A stretch of 64,000 nucleotides of DNA. It comes from Tubulanus polymorphus (Eukaryota; Animalia; Nemertea). The position numbers and the translations under genes are program-made. Shown here in pieces: positions 23,438 through 36,600 of this stretch. Each line of letters opens with the position of its first letter. Within the stretch, counting starts at the first letter, position 1. The notes under the pieces were generated by a model. It ran no database searches. It saw only the letters and a list, made by a program, of their open reading frames with translations, and was not told the DNA's origin. The stretch is taken from NCBI RefSeq assembly GCF_964204645.1, contig NC_134035.1, positions 11,378,451 through 11,442,450 of the forward strand, given 5' to 3'.

Positions 23438-25135
23438 ATGGCGGCGCCCACAATGATAATCAAAGCGGTAAAACAGTTGATATTTTATGTCATCGGTGCC
23501 GTAGCATTCGTTTGCGCTTTGATTTCGACGATGAAATTCGTAAAGTTTTGTTCTACTCAGAAACTACGACGCCTCGTCATTGTCCACCCATCTTTAAATC
23601 AGTCGTCAACAGCATCAACAACAGCAGCAGCAGGACTCGACGGAGGATACCCAGCCGACTCTAGTACGACGGATGATAAACTGATTGGCAAAGAAGGTGA
23701 AATATTGCGGGTCCTTTATTATCACAACTTACGCCGTTTAAAGATAATCAAACCAGACTCTATCCATGGCCCGGGTAAAACCAAGACACCAAGGCTATCC
23801 ACAATTCTTAAAATGATAATTTGTCTTCTTTTCTTACAGTTTGGGATGAAATTTTATTGAGTTTGTTGAAAGACTTTCTGTTATTGCTGATGTTTGCATT
23901 ACAGCACAGTTTAATGGCTACTCGTTGTTTCAAGTCGATCGTGTACAGATATTTCAGTCTAATCGTTATCGAGCGTTCTGTATACGTATTCATCACTTCG
24001 CTCACTTTATCGGTAATTATTCGGCATACCTGACTAACTTGATCGAGATTAGTACTGAGCATAGCTCGTTGAAATTTCATTTCCGTATGTTTGACACCCC
24101 CAGACAACCGCTCCTGGATCCAGTGATGACTGTGAAACTGAATCCTGATCTCTATGTTAGATTATAAACCCTGAAGACCATTTGATATGAAAAAAAACAA
24201 CTGTCAGACATCTTAAGTCACTGAAAGAAACGTAATGAATTTTCATCCATTTCTTTCAGGTTGTATTGGACCGGTGGGAGTCGATAAATATTTTTCTATG
24301 GAATTTAGACACGTCTAAATCTCTGCTGTGGTGGACGTTATTTTCATTGGTTCATCTGTTTCTGTGGATGATACTGTTCGGTCAGCTGTGCTTGATGGAT
24401 CTACCAGAACTTCTCGGTCTCAAACAGGTAGCTATATCGCCTCTTGATTAAGTATTATTCTTAGTCGAATCGATTACCCGGTGTGATAATGGCTTTGTTA
24501 GTTTGATCATCTCAAACCCTTGAAGTGCCATAGTCGCCGCAGTATTGCGACTATGGCACTTAAAGGAATGTACAGAATTATATGAATCTTCGAGACCTAA
24601 TCAGAGTGTTTTCTTGTTCCTGAAACCATTCCAGATTTTGTCGGTCATTAGCATTAGCCCATGTATCATGCCCGGGACGGTAGACACCTATTATTAGCGG
24701 GTTAAGTCAGGCAAAACTATGACATGTGCATGTCGGGGTATAGTCAGGGAAAAAGCCAATAAAAGTAGTCGCCCTGTTGATTGTGTTTGAATTCAGGATG
24801 TTTAAAATAGTTTGTCTTATTGCATATTTCAGATCTACTTCTACAGCCTTGGAAACGTGCTTCCGATCAAACTAAAAACCTGGGATTTACAAATATTCTA
24901 CAGACACATGCGTCACCCCGGTTTGACGTGTTTAACGCTGATACTGTGCGTTCACCCGGTGATGTCTATCGATCGTTGGTTGTTCGCCACGGCGCTCGCG
25001 TTCTATAACTTCGCCGCGTTCCGCGTTACGCCCGACGATTACGTCTACATCGACGAACAAGTCGAACGAAAAGAATACGAACTGCAGCGAATGCGAACGA
25101 AGAGGAGAATGATGGTGACGTCTCAGGTTAAATGA
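23438..25135 (+). CDS. NRM: Nurim (nuclear envelope membrane protein)
   Basis: Exons 23438-23696, 23840-24012, 24260-24427 and 24833-25135. Nurim motifs FALQHSLMA, ERSVYV, ELLGLKQ, HMRHP, MSIDR. Confidence 0.9.
24518..24566. repeat. Near-perfect 49-bp hairpin in NRM intron 3 (minimal piggyBac-like MITE?)
   Basis: ccttgaagtgccatagtcgc-cgcagtatt-gcgactatggcacttaaagg. Confidence 0.55.
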
Positions 25136-26035
25136 AATTCCTCCTTTGTGCTGCCAAATACACGTACCAGTGAATATCGTTCATGGACTGGTTCATTACA
25201 GGTGTTTATACATTAGATATCTCATAGTTCTGGTTCCCCCACCACCGTTGCCACTACTGTCCAAACTCTCTCATAGCTGATCCGTCTTATCACTGTTACT
25301 ATCAAGGAGTGATGCATTGCCATAAGCGATGTGTTCGGTATTGTAGTAGTATCTAGTATAGTTTTTGATGATGAGTGTGCTGGGCAGCCCTTTTAGATAC
25401 TTTGTTTTTTTTCGATGTTTACCCTGTTGTCCAATATTTTCGAGGGCGAGAAAGTTGTACAGGAGTTGTATTTAGTGCTAACGAATAATAATATCCCCGC
25501 TTTTTAGTGCGCTTTGAATTCTTGCATTTATGTACAGTTATTTTTACTTACAGTAGAGTAACATGAATGATAATGTTTTATAAATTTACGAGTTATTTCG
25601 ATAATGTCTTTTTTGTAATTTTCATGTCTTCCAAACCTGGTATTTCGTTGTAAGTACACGGTAAATTATGATTTGATTTTGGATTAACGCAAATAGCATT
25701 TGTGGAATTATTCCATGGAATTTTCTGATAAAAAATCCATATAATGAATATATCTGGAGAGCCAATCATTTTTTCCTGAAATTCCTCGTGAAATGTTGTT
25801 TTCGATAGTTATTTGTATTTACCGAGTATGTCGATGTTTAATGCTAATGTAATGTAAACGTGTTTGTTATAATGTACATTTAGATATAAAATCATGTCTG
25901 GAAAAGTAATAAATTATACCTTTGTATCATAAGAAGAACTCTTCTGTTTGTAGATTGTATGTGAATATGAATTATAGTAGACAATTCGGTGAATTAACTG
26001 AATTATTTTGGGAAAACCTTCCCGATTTGCATTTC

Positions 26036-26321
26036 TCAACTCGATGAAATATTTCCGGTCTCGATGCTACCGAGTAACGTAACCGCGAGTTCGTGATCCA
26101 CATCTTTTAGGTCATCTACGCTGTTAGGATTTGCCCACTGCGCACCCCGCGGACTCTTGCGTTCACTTCCCGTCCGCCTGAAGACATGATCTATTTTTTG
26201 GGGACATTTTCAACACGGCTTGATGAACGGTGATATTTGGTTTATATATACATCGACACATTATACATTTACGGCCCAGAATTGGCGAGATGGGAATCTA
26301 GATGGCCTTGTTGTTCGGCAA
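26036..26321 (-). other. Two candidate orphan coding exons (26321-26273, 26177-26036)
   Basis: GC-richer segments with phase-compatible splice sites, reading xAEQQGHLDSHLANSG-P-RTGSERKSPRGAQWANPNSVDDLKDVDHELAVTLLGSIETGNISSS*. The upstream partner exon is unknown. Confidence 0.35.
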
Positions 26322-26515
26322 CTAAGTTTTCATGATATATTTTGAAGACACTTCATTTAGACATAGTTTATATAGACGGTAGGGATGATATCAAGTTGTA
26401 TTGTCGTCACATATTTGTATTTTTACTGTTTACCAATTTATTGTGTAACCAAACTTAATATCGTATCTTCATATTTCATATTTAACATTTCTCTTGCATC
26501 GCACCTCCAAATAAT

Positions 26516-29500
26516 CTACAATTCTTCTTTCGCTCGTAATGAGTCCTGAAATGATTTGAACATTCTTTTCATTATTTCTAAACCTTGCTTCATGTTCAGA
26601 CATTTTTACGTAGATTTCGTTTTCGAGAAGAAACCGATTTCTACTCCGATTCAAAACTCATAGCTCCAAGAACTCTAAGTAATTCCTGAGATAGTATTTA
26701 AGATTATTGAAAATTGTTTCTTACGTATGAATCGCTTACCTGTAGTGCGTCGATTTTCTTCCAGTAAACGCTACCCTCCTGGTGAATGGGCATGATCGGG
26801 AATCGTAACCGAACTCTACGGTCGATACCTGCATTTTTAAAGAAAAGCAACGTTATACATTATGAATCACTAACGAACGCATTCAATGAGGGGCCAAACA
26901 TTTTTGCGAATGACGATTTTTATCGTTAAGACAGCTGTCCAATTTAGTTGTATGATATGACGATATGATTTATTCGCGAAAAAGATCGCTACAAAATTCC
27001 CATGTTATATACAGGTGTACGCAAAACGTACGGATGAAACAATGCGTTGAATTAAGGAAAAGCCAATGCTGGCTTGAACTGGTCTTTATCCCTCGTCCAT
27101 TCACACTCACATATACATTCATATTCATTCGTTACCGAATAAAAGGGAGACGTACATACAGAAAGAATTGCAGATGAAGTTGTGACGCGTTATAGCGAGA
27201 TTTGAAAATATTGATAGGTAGAACGAAGGTAGTTCACTGAAGTTCAATTTTGAAGTTGGGAATTGTATTTAAATTACCTGGAATAGGCGGCAGTAAAATC
27301 CTCGCCCCGGACGCGACCACCTTTTGAGGCACACCCTTGCCGTCCTTCACATACATATAGCCGTTTGAAGTATCGGCCGGGTCCCCGCTGTATCCGTTAG
27401 ACGCGTAGAATTCTAGAGGAGTTATGTCGTAAAGACGCCTCCAAGCGTGCGTCAAGGCGTTACCCGGTTTCTTTCCGCTATTCGTTGAGACTTTCGGGTC
27501 CACGTTATGCTTTTATGAAATGAAATCATATCTATCAAAATATAGCATCAAAAAATGCAAACTTATTCACGTTTTGAAGATCCACGGCGATATTTAGGGC
27601 TCGTAAACGCAAATGATAAAGGGTGAAAAGATGAAACGCAATTGAATTAGTAATATATAGATTATTTTTCTGAATAAGAAACAAGCGATGGACGCATTTT
27701 CTTTTCATTAGCATTACCTTGTAAGTAATATTGTGAGGATTCCAGCTGTTAAGCGGAGTCAGATAGATAATTTCTAACGGTATCGCGTACGTGAACCTTT
27801 GTTTGGCTTGCACGCATTTCTTCTTCCGGCAGTACTCGACCTGAGGGAAAATATATACACGACAAATTGACAACAAAGCAGAATGTCTAGAGCCATTAGT
27901 GAAATATACGAAAATGACCACAACAATACGACTTTGAGACTAAAAGGGATCAACTTTCATGTCAATGGAAAGGCAATGATTTAACCAAGTCCATTTACAA
28001 TGTTTGAATTAGAAAAATTTCAAAAATATACATGTTAAAAAATCAACAACAATCGTCAAAATTCTGAACGTTAAATAAAACGTTAAATGTTTCATGTGAC
28101 ATCGACCATTATATAGATTTAGCTTTTTATGCATAAGTTTCGATCAATCTTTTCACCATTAGCGAACACTGATCAGTGCTTTCTAACCTCAGCTGGTGCT
28201 ATTTTTTCCTGCGTGGTCGAAGCCGCGAACAAACTGTCGTCGTCGAAACCGCGGTGTTGGAATCTAGATCCCATAGCGTCCCGGTCACCGGTGAACCATC
28301 TGTGATAATACGCCGCGTTCAAATCTTTTTCTGGTTCTACATACGACTGAAAAAACATTTTTCAAAACCATTTAACTGTGACTTCTATTCAAAGGCGGGA
28401 AGGGGATTCGAATAAAATTGTAATCCTGGGTTGACGAGAGACAAGTTGTTAAAAAACCGAGCGTGTAAACTATATAGTGCTTCTCTAAAACTGACCTTGG
28501 CGCGACTTCCGCTGATTCCGTCATCGACCATGTTGGCGCCGTAACCGTCTTTACCCGGGATTTCAGACATCAATTCATCGAGAAAATCATATCGATAACT
28601 GTCCTCTTTCCAGAAGTCTTGGTCTTTAGGGGCCAGCTTTATAAGGTATAGAATTGAAATGTCAGCATTAACGCGTAACACAGTTATGGTGGCCAACTAC
28701 ATAATATTTATACGCATTTCGAGTCGTTAATTCAATCGATTAAATCAACATACTTTCTTTGACCAATAAGAAAAAATACTTAAGCGAAGTTTTTTAAAGT
28801 GAATATATCTTTGGTGGGAAGAACATATTTCAACGTTGAATTCGAATTGGTTTCGGAGTTTTAGCTTTCTGGTGTCGCGGTTGTATTACCTTATATCTGG
28901 CAGCTCTAGACATCTCGTATTGTTTGATATCATGTTTATTTGCCATTCTGACGTCTAAATCATCGACGAGTACGAGTCGTTTAGTCGATAAATAGTTCTT
29001 CAACGGGTGACATACAATTCGATAGTTCCATTGCGCCAGAATCGGAACGCCGTTCACTACTTTAGTAATCGTAGTCGGCAGGTAGGCGAAATTCTCAAAT
29101 CGATCTTTTCGTCCAGTGTACGATGAGTATCTTACCTAAAAAAGGAATCGGAAAATATCTATTCGTTAAGTTATTCTATAAACGAGAACAGACAAACAGG
29201 TTTTCATACAGCTCGTACTTTTTCCTGAAGATCAAGCCACGACGAGGCGTCCAGGTGGTGTCGGTCGCTATCGAACGATTCTTCGATGGCGCCTCCGTCA
29301 GATACAGTCCATCCTCCTTCCAGAAAACACAACAACGGCTTGAAATAATCCTTGTAGTTTCTGTGAGTTTCGTTTTGTTGACTGAACGCCTTGAAATATT
29401 CCCTCATCTCTTGAATCTGCAATATTTGTAATGATCAGTGTGAGTTGGTGAGAGTTGTTTGATAACTAGAAGATCTATAATGGAATCTAAGTTTTTATAA

Positions 29501-32500
29501 TTATAATAAACCATTTTACAGTTGCTAGCCGCCATTTTGTTAGGGTACTTTTGTCCCGTATTGTTGGGTCATTTTTTTCTCTTTTTTAAAAACTATCCGT
29601 GATGTGTATTGTATCATATTTCATCTGTCCATGGATGGATTTTGACAACTTCAGCAACATTCAAACCGCGTGAATCTCTAGTTTTCAGTTATGTTAAAAT
29701 CATTTCTCAAATTTACAACAATGCGACATGTGAGCGATATAAAAATCGGTGCTCAGTTTTTGCCGTGCGCATAGAAATCCAGGGTACTGAACTTTGAAGT
29801 TCGTTTTTTTCAGAAATAATTTTCTAAAAAATCCAAACATTTCAAGCACTGTGCGCATAAACGCCCCCTTTCAGGTGAACTTTGAAATTTTAAGATATCT
29901 TGCCTAGTTTTTTTCCTATGGCTCTTTAACTGCAGCGCGTGTATTGTCATTCCGAGATTTGGCGCTGTTTTCTTTGCGTGTATTTCAGTATATGGGTGTT
30001 ATTTCTTCATTTTCACTACACTTGTCTCTACGGAAAATGGTTTTAATTGTTGGTACGAGTATCAGGTTTAAATATTACGGCATTAATACTGTATTCCGTT
30101 CTCCGGCGCTAGTTCGTAATGGCTGTAGTGGTAACCGCTTTTACGGCAGGCAGAGGCTTACGTACATGCACCCAAGAAAACCCAAAATATCACTCTTTTG
30201 TTGTAAATGCAATCCACACACTTCTTGCGTTTTTGGTGATGGTAGATGTCACTTTTTACTTTTTATCACCTGCGTCTGACATTCGAAAAAAAGAAAACGT
30301 TTTCTTATATTTTCTTCCCAATCTAATCAATCTTGAGTGTACTTAATAGAAAGTATTCATAGAAAGTAGCTGAATATTTGCCCCACCCCATTTGTCCAGC
30401 TTTTTGACCACTTCTCCATCCATCTAATTTCAGTAGATTTTTATGTAAATTTATTGATAGACTACTGATTTAAATGGTCATCATACTCGATTTTGAGTGC
30501 TATATTTCTTTTCTTCTTCCATCTCAATATAGGCCCATATATTCTCTTCCCGCGCGCAATTTCGAATGCGTGATCAAAATGCCGCTCAGTCTCGCTGCTA
30601 AAACTGGTCAGAAAAATCCCTTAAACCCCAACATCTCTAATGTCTCCGATCTATTATATTGCATAAACGACGTGATATTTAAACCTGATACTCGTACCAA
30701 CAATTAAAACCATTTTCCGTAGAGACAAGTGTAGTGAAAATGAAGAAATAACTCCCATATACTGAAATACACGCAAAGAAAACAGCGCCAAATCTCGGAA
30801 TGACAATACACGCGCTGCAGTTAAAGAGCCATAGGAAAAAAACTAGGCAAGATATCTTAAAATTTCAAAGTTCACCTAAAATGGGGCATTTATGCGCACA
30901 GTGCTTGAAATGTTTGGATTTTTTAGAAAATTATTTCTGAAAATAACGAACTTCAAATTCAGTACCCTGGATTTCTATGCGCACGGCAAAAACTGAGCAC
31001 CGATTTTTATATCGCTCTCATGTCGCATTGTTGTAAATTTGAGGAATGATTTTAACATAACTGAAAACTAGAGATTCACGCGGTTTGAATGTTGCTGAAG
31101 TTGTCAAAATCCATCCATCGACAGATGAAATATGATACAATACACATCACGGATAGTTTTTAAAAAAGAGAAAAAAATGACCCAACAATACGGGACAAAA
31201 GTACCCTAACAAAATGGCGGCTAGCAACTGTAAAATGGTTTATTCAAATAGGAGATTATCATCAAACGTCCGAAATATCGGTAGTGAGAAAAACCGCTTT
31301 GTTTCCAATATGTCCTTCTTATAAAATACCCGATATCTTTGATCGGGCAAGATATTCTGTCGTTCGTATTTTAGGCTCATTCAATAAATTTTTCTAAATC
31401 ATCTCTACCAATTCAGGTTCACGATTTCAACTTGGAAACGAATTGTAGATTGAAAAACGTGGTTTATTCATTACTATCATCATCCGTGTAAACGTTCTTA
31501 TCGATATCATTTCCATATTTAGAACATATCTCATGAAAATTATTACCCTTTAAACGTGACTTGTTTTATGATACAAGAAACTCTCTAAAAGATTTATTTA
31601 AAGAGACATTGCGATGTATTACTAAAGAAATTAGTTAAGATAGTAAACCATTACCAACCTGTTCTTCAATCGTGTCCTTTTCTGTAACTGTTTTCGGGAC
31701 GTCTGGGAACGTGATTGCCTCAACCTGATTGTAAGCGGTTCTGTTCATTCCGGGAGCAATGGAGGCAGGCTTCACGAGTTTATAATCGTTGTGTCTGGTT
31801 CTGAATTCGACTCCGTTCAACACGGCTACGAATTCGCCCATGCCGACTGTATTGATGAGGTTTGAGTGATCGTGCATGGCGGCAGCTCGCTTGCCGCTGT
31901 ACGTGGTCGAATGGTAGGTCTTGGTTCCTGTGGAAACACAAGGGTTTGCGTTGGAAACGCTGATTCAACAAATATGAATTCTTTATGACAATTTATGAAA
32001 ACATGAATATATAAGGAAAATACTCTTTTTTCAAACATTCAAACGAACGTTTTTATTACACATAGTAACTCCATTATGCATGTATATATGGTCATTTTCC
32101 TCATCATTTCAACCGGATTTCCAGGAATATTTTGCAATTCTGAGAAATCTTTTATTTACATTTAAGAATTGTCTTACCTCTCATTGCTCACTCATTCGAA
32201 CACTTTCAGAAGAACGTGCGATAAATTTTGTGTATATGGAAAAAAGCGATATAACAACTTTGAAACTTACCCTGGCGAGTGAGTCGTAGTTGTTTGATAC
32301 CAGATTTACCATCGGATCTGATACGTTCTTCTACGAACATTTGTTGTAACATCAACTGTCGCGAAATGTGGCTCATCGACTGTTCGATGTGTTTCAGTCG
32401 GGCGTCCAGAGATTCACCGACAGTTTGTTTTTTGTCCTTTTCTGGAGCGGCTGAGTGTGCGGCTGCGGTCATCACGACCAAAACTACCGCGCAGGACCAG

Positions 32501-32514
32501 CAAGTGGAAATCAT
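26516..32514 (-). CDS. Uncharacterised signal-peptide plus C-terminal KEEL protein, array copy 1 (576 aa)
   Basis: Ten coding exons: 32514-32271, 31927-31659, 29416-29219, 29135-28890, 28636-28496, 28346-28188, 27840-27718, 27509-27278, 26828-26740, 26545-26516. Total 1731 nt, all introns GT-AG, no internal stop. Confidence 0.9.
29505..31244. mobile_element. 1.74-kb foldback DNA element with ~575-bp near-identical inverted arms, between coding exons 2 and 3 of copy 1
   Basis: 29505-~30080 is the reverse complement of ~30670-31244 (aataaaccattttacagttgctagccgccattttg...). Absent from the homologous intron in copies 2-4. Confidence 0.92.
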
Positions 32515-32904
32515 TCTCGATTAATCTGATTAGAAGGAAAATAATTTTAAAGAGAAAGATATAATAGATGGTTATAGGCAGCTATTATCGTGTGTAATTA
32601 CAGTGTCGATAACGGGCTCCAATCTTATGCTTTCGTTCTTCATAGATCGGATGTGGCCTCTGCTTTGTGTCATCAGATAAGTTACATATTTATATAAATT
32701 CACAGTGAAACTTTTATTCGATATAGTATGTTCACATATATATTCGTGAATTAATAGATTATCTGCTTTCGTCAAAATCTAAGAGGACTCAAATTTAAAT
32801 CTTAAAATGCCATCCTATGATTTTGAATGAGATCTAATTAAGAGGAAAAATTGCCTCGAATCTTGTCACTGCTTTATTCAGTTTTTTTTTCCAGAGAAAC
32901 TTAC

Positions 32905-32990
32905 TTGTCTTTGTAGATCCCGTGTGAGTGTTTCGGAGCTTTCGACGACGAATGCGGCTCTAATTAGCGTACGCGTTTTATTTAAGCGCC
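32905..32990 (-). promoter_or_regulatory. Putative non-coding first exon and TATA-like promoter of copy 1
   Basis: GTAAGT donor at 32904 and TTAAATA ~25-30 nt upstream of cattcgtcgtcg. The block is conserved with 53275-53355 upstream of copy 4. Confidence 0.55.
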
Positions 32991-33625
32991 TCCTGCGAGC
33001 TAATACAGCTGTCAACGCGCAGGGTTCATTAGCTGCTATTTATCAGGAGGATATATGTAATCAAAATCATCACAAATAGAAAGCATCTGAAATGGCCGTG
33101 TACTGAATAAACAGCCGATTATAAACGAAGATAGCAGATGCGATTATCTTATTGTCCACGAGGTCGATCGATCGGTGAATTATTGCATTTCAATCAGGCC
33201 CATTTGCCTGATATGAGTTGTTTGCTGTGAATAGATCCAGAAAGTATTGGCTCGCAAAGATATTATCATTTTTTTGGTGCCGTAAAGAGAAGTAATCCTC
33301 GTTCAAGAAGGGTTTCTTACCCTGGCAGAGTCTCGCGATGCCATCGGTTTGGAATCTCAGCCGAGGGATGGTGACGCCATCGATACGAATTTTTAAAAAA
33401 GGTAGTCCTCGTCCAAGATCTGTAAGCTGTATATAACCTGTAAGCGCTAAACCTCCTCAAATCCACTAAATCAGATATATTTAAATGACCTGCACGCATT
33501 AGTATTTTCATTGTACACTCATTTATTATTAATCCAGCTATAAGATATGACTGAGATATGATTTAGATATGATTTAGATATGACTTTAAAGTGTTTCATC
33601 TTCGTGCATCGCACCTCGAAATCAT

Positions 33626-36600
33626 CTACAATTCTTCTTTCGCTCGTAACGAGTCCTGAAATGGTTTTAATTTTCATCACATCATTTTCAAACCTTGCAA
33701 CATTTCTAGGGATTGAGCTCCTGGTCCAAAAGGTGTGAATTAGAATTCTTAACATGAAATTGTGTAATCGAGTAGGAACTGAACTTTTTATTTCCACGTC
33801 AAATTACGTAACTCATTATTAGAAATACAGCGCAAAGATTGAATTCATGTAATTTCTAGTAATAGATGGTTAAAAGGTTGAAAATTGTATTTTATGAATA
33901 GCTTACCTGTAGTGCGTCGATTTTCTTCCAGTAAACGCTACCCTCCTGGTGAATGGGCATGATCGGGAATCGTAACCGAACTCTATGGTCGATACCTGCA
34001 TTTATATTATACAAGAAATGTCACATCATGTATAGCATTTCTGAACCAACCGTTATGGAGGTAGTCATTGAGGGGTCAATCATATGTAAAAAAATGTATT
34101 TATAGCAAGGACAGTTTGAGGAATATTGAATTTACCTGGAATAGGTGGCAGTAAAAGCTTCGCTCCAGATGCGACAACCTTTTGAGGCACACCCTTATTG
34201 TCTTTGATGTACATGAATCCGTTTGAAGTGTCGGCCGGGTCCCCGCTGTATTCGTTAGACGCGTAGAATTCATGAGGAGTAAGCTTGTATGTCTCCCTCC
34301 AAGCGTGCGTGAAAGCATTATCCGGTTTCTTTCCACTACCCGGTGAGGTTTTTCGGTCCTCGTCATGCTTTTTTTAAATGAAGTTATATATATGTTAAGA
34401 TATAGTATCGCTATGATATAAACTTTATTCATATGATCTACTACGAAATGGCACATATATAGGTGAATGACGATGGAATAAAACGGATTTGGACGAAAAA
34501 TGATTTTTTCTGAATGAGATAAATTAATTCATTAATATTGTAACCTTGTTTTATATCATAACATTATTCATTGATTGTCACATTGTACAGATTATTGCAA
34601 TCTATTTCTGAAATAAATAAGATGAGAACCATAAACGAAGAACTCATTTCATTAGCATTATTACCTTGTAAGCAATATTGTGGGGATTCCAGCTGTTAAG
34701 CGGAGTCAGATAGACAATTTCCAGCGGTATCGCGTACGTGAACCTTTGTTTGGTCTGAACGCATTTCTTTCTCTTGCAGTAGTCGGCCTGGGGAAAAACA
34801 TCGAACAAGATTATAACGAAGCAAAATAGAGTCGTCCAAGAATTATGTACACCAAAATTGAGTTTAAGTATATGTGGTTAAAGTACTGCGTGATTCGGGT
34901 TTTTAACTTATATACGTGATGGAAAAATGATACAAAAGCCGTTAAGAATAACCCCAAAAATGTATCGATAAAATAAAAATGATAATCGTCACACTGCACA
35001 AAGATCGACTTTTTGAACACATTGATTTTATAAGCCTTTCGTTTTCGATGAATCTTTCACCATGTCGTACTGCTCTGAGCCAGTTTTTTCTAACCTCAGC
35101 TGGTGCTATTTTTTCCTGCGTGGTCGAAGCCGCGAACAAACTTTCGTCGTCGAAACCGCGGTGTTGGAATCTAGATCCCATAGCGTCCCGGTCACCGGTG
35201 AACCATCTGTGATAATACGCCGCGTTCAAATCTTTTTCTGGCTCAACGAACGACTGTAAAAACAAGGCGATTATTTCATGAATTAGTGGAAACATTTTTT
35301 TCAAAACGCCTTTTCGGCGACTTTTTCTTTAAGGTGGGAAGGGGCATTTGAAGAAAATGAATCGTGGAACGTGAAAAACCGATGGTCTAATCCACAGAGA
35401 GCTTCTTTAAAACTGACCTTGGCGCGACTTCCACTGATTCCGTCATCGACCATGAAGGCGCCGTAACCGTCTTTACCCGGGATTTCAGACATCAATTCAT
35501 CCAGCAAATCATATTGATAACTGCCCTCTTTCCAGGAGTCTTCGTCTTTAGGTGCCAGCTTAGAGAACAAAGAAAGTATCATCAGTATCAATGACAGTGT
35601 TGTTTATACGTTATTCGTGTAAAATATTTTTTCAAAAAGTCAATGAGTTTTTGATCAAGACAAATCGTGAACATTTTAAAAGATTATCAGGAGTTTTCAG
35701 GAGTATTACCTTATATCGGGCAGCTCTAGACATCTCGTATTGTTTGATATCGTGTTTATTTGCCATTCTGACGTCTAAATCATCGACGAGTACGAGTCGT
35801 TTAGTCGATAAATAGTTCTTCAGCGGGTGACATACAATTCGATAGTTCCATTGCGCCAGAATCGGGACGCCGTTCACTACTTTAGTAATCGTAGTCGGCA
35901 GGTAGGCGAAATTCTCAAATCGATCTTTTCGTCCAGTGTACGATGAGTATCTTACCTAAAACAAGGATTCGAAAAATATCTATTTGTTAAGTTATTCTAT
36001 AAACGAGAACAGAAAAAAGGTTTTCATACAGCTCGTACTTTTTCCTGAAGATCAAGCCACGACGAGGCATCCAGGTGGTGTCGGTCGCTATCGAACGATT
36101 CTTCGATGGTACCTTCATCAGATACAGTCCATCCTCCTTCCAGAAAACACAACAACGGCTTGAAATAATCCGTGTAGTTTCTGTGAGTTTCGTCTTGTTG
36201 ATCGAACGCCTTGAAATATTCCCTCATCTCTTGAATCTGCAATATTTGTAATGATCAACGTGAGCTGGTCGGGGTTTATTCGATGATTAGATTTTTAAAG
36301 CAATTTGTGTAAAGGCTAAACGTCCGAAAGAGTCGGAAAAACCGCTTTGTTCCCGTTTTTTTTCAAACGAAATATTTATGATCGGGGAAGATATTCTGCT
36401 GTTCATATTTTCACTTCGTTAAATGTATATTCCTCAATTTTCTCTATTCGTACAAGTTCATTCTGGTTCAATTTGGGAAACGAATAGTATAAATTGAATA
36501 TTACTTTATCAATTTTGAACAGTCTTATGAACAGTTCTTTTGTCTACGTATAGCAAGTGAAGAATAGATATTGCTAGATATTATTATATCGCCAGTTTTT

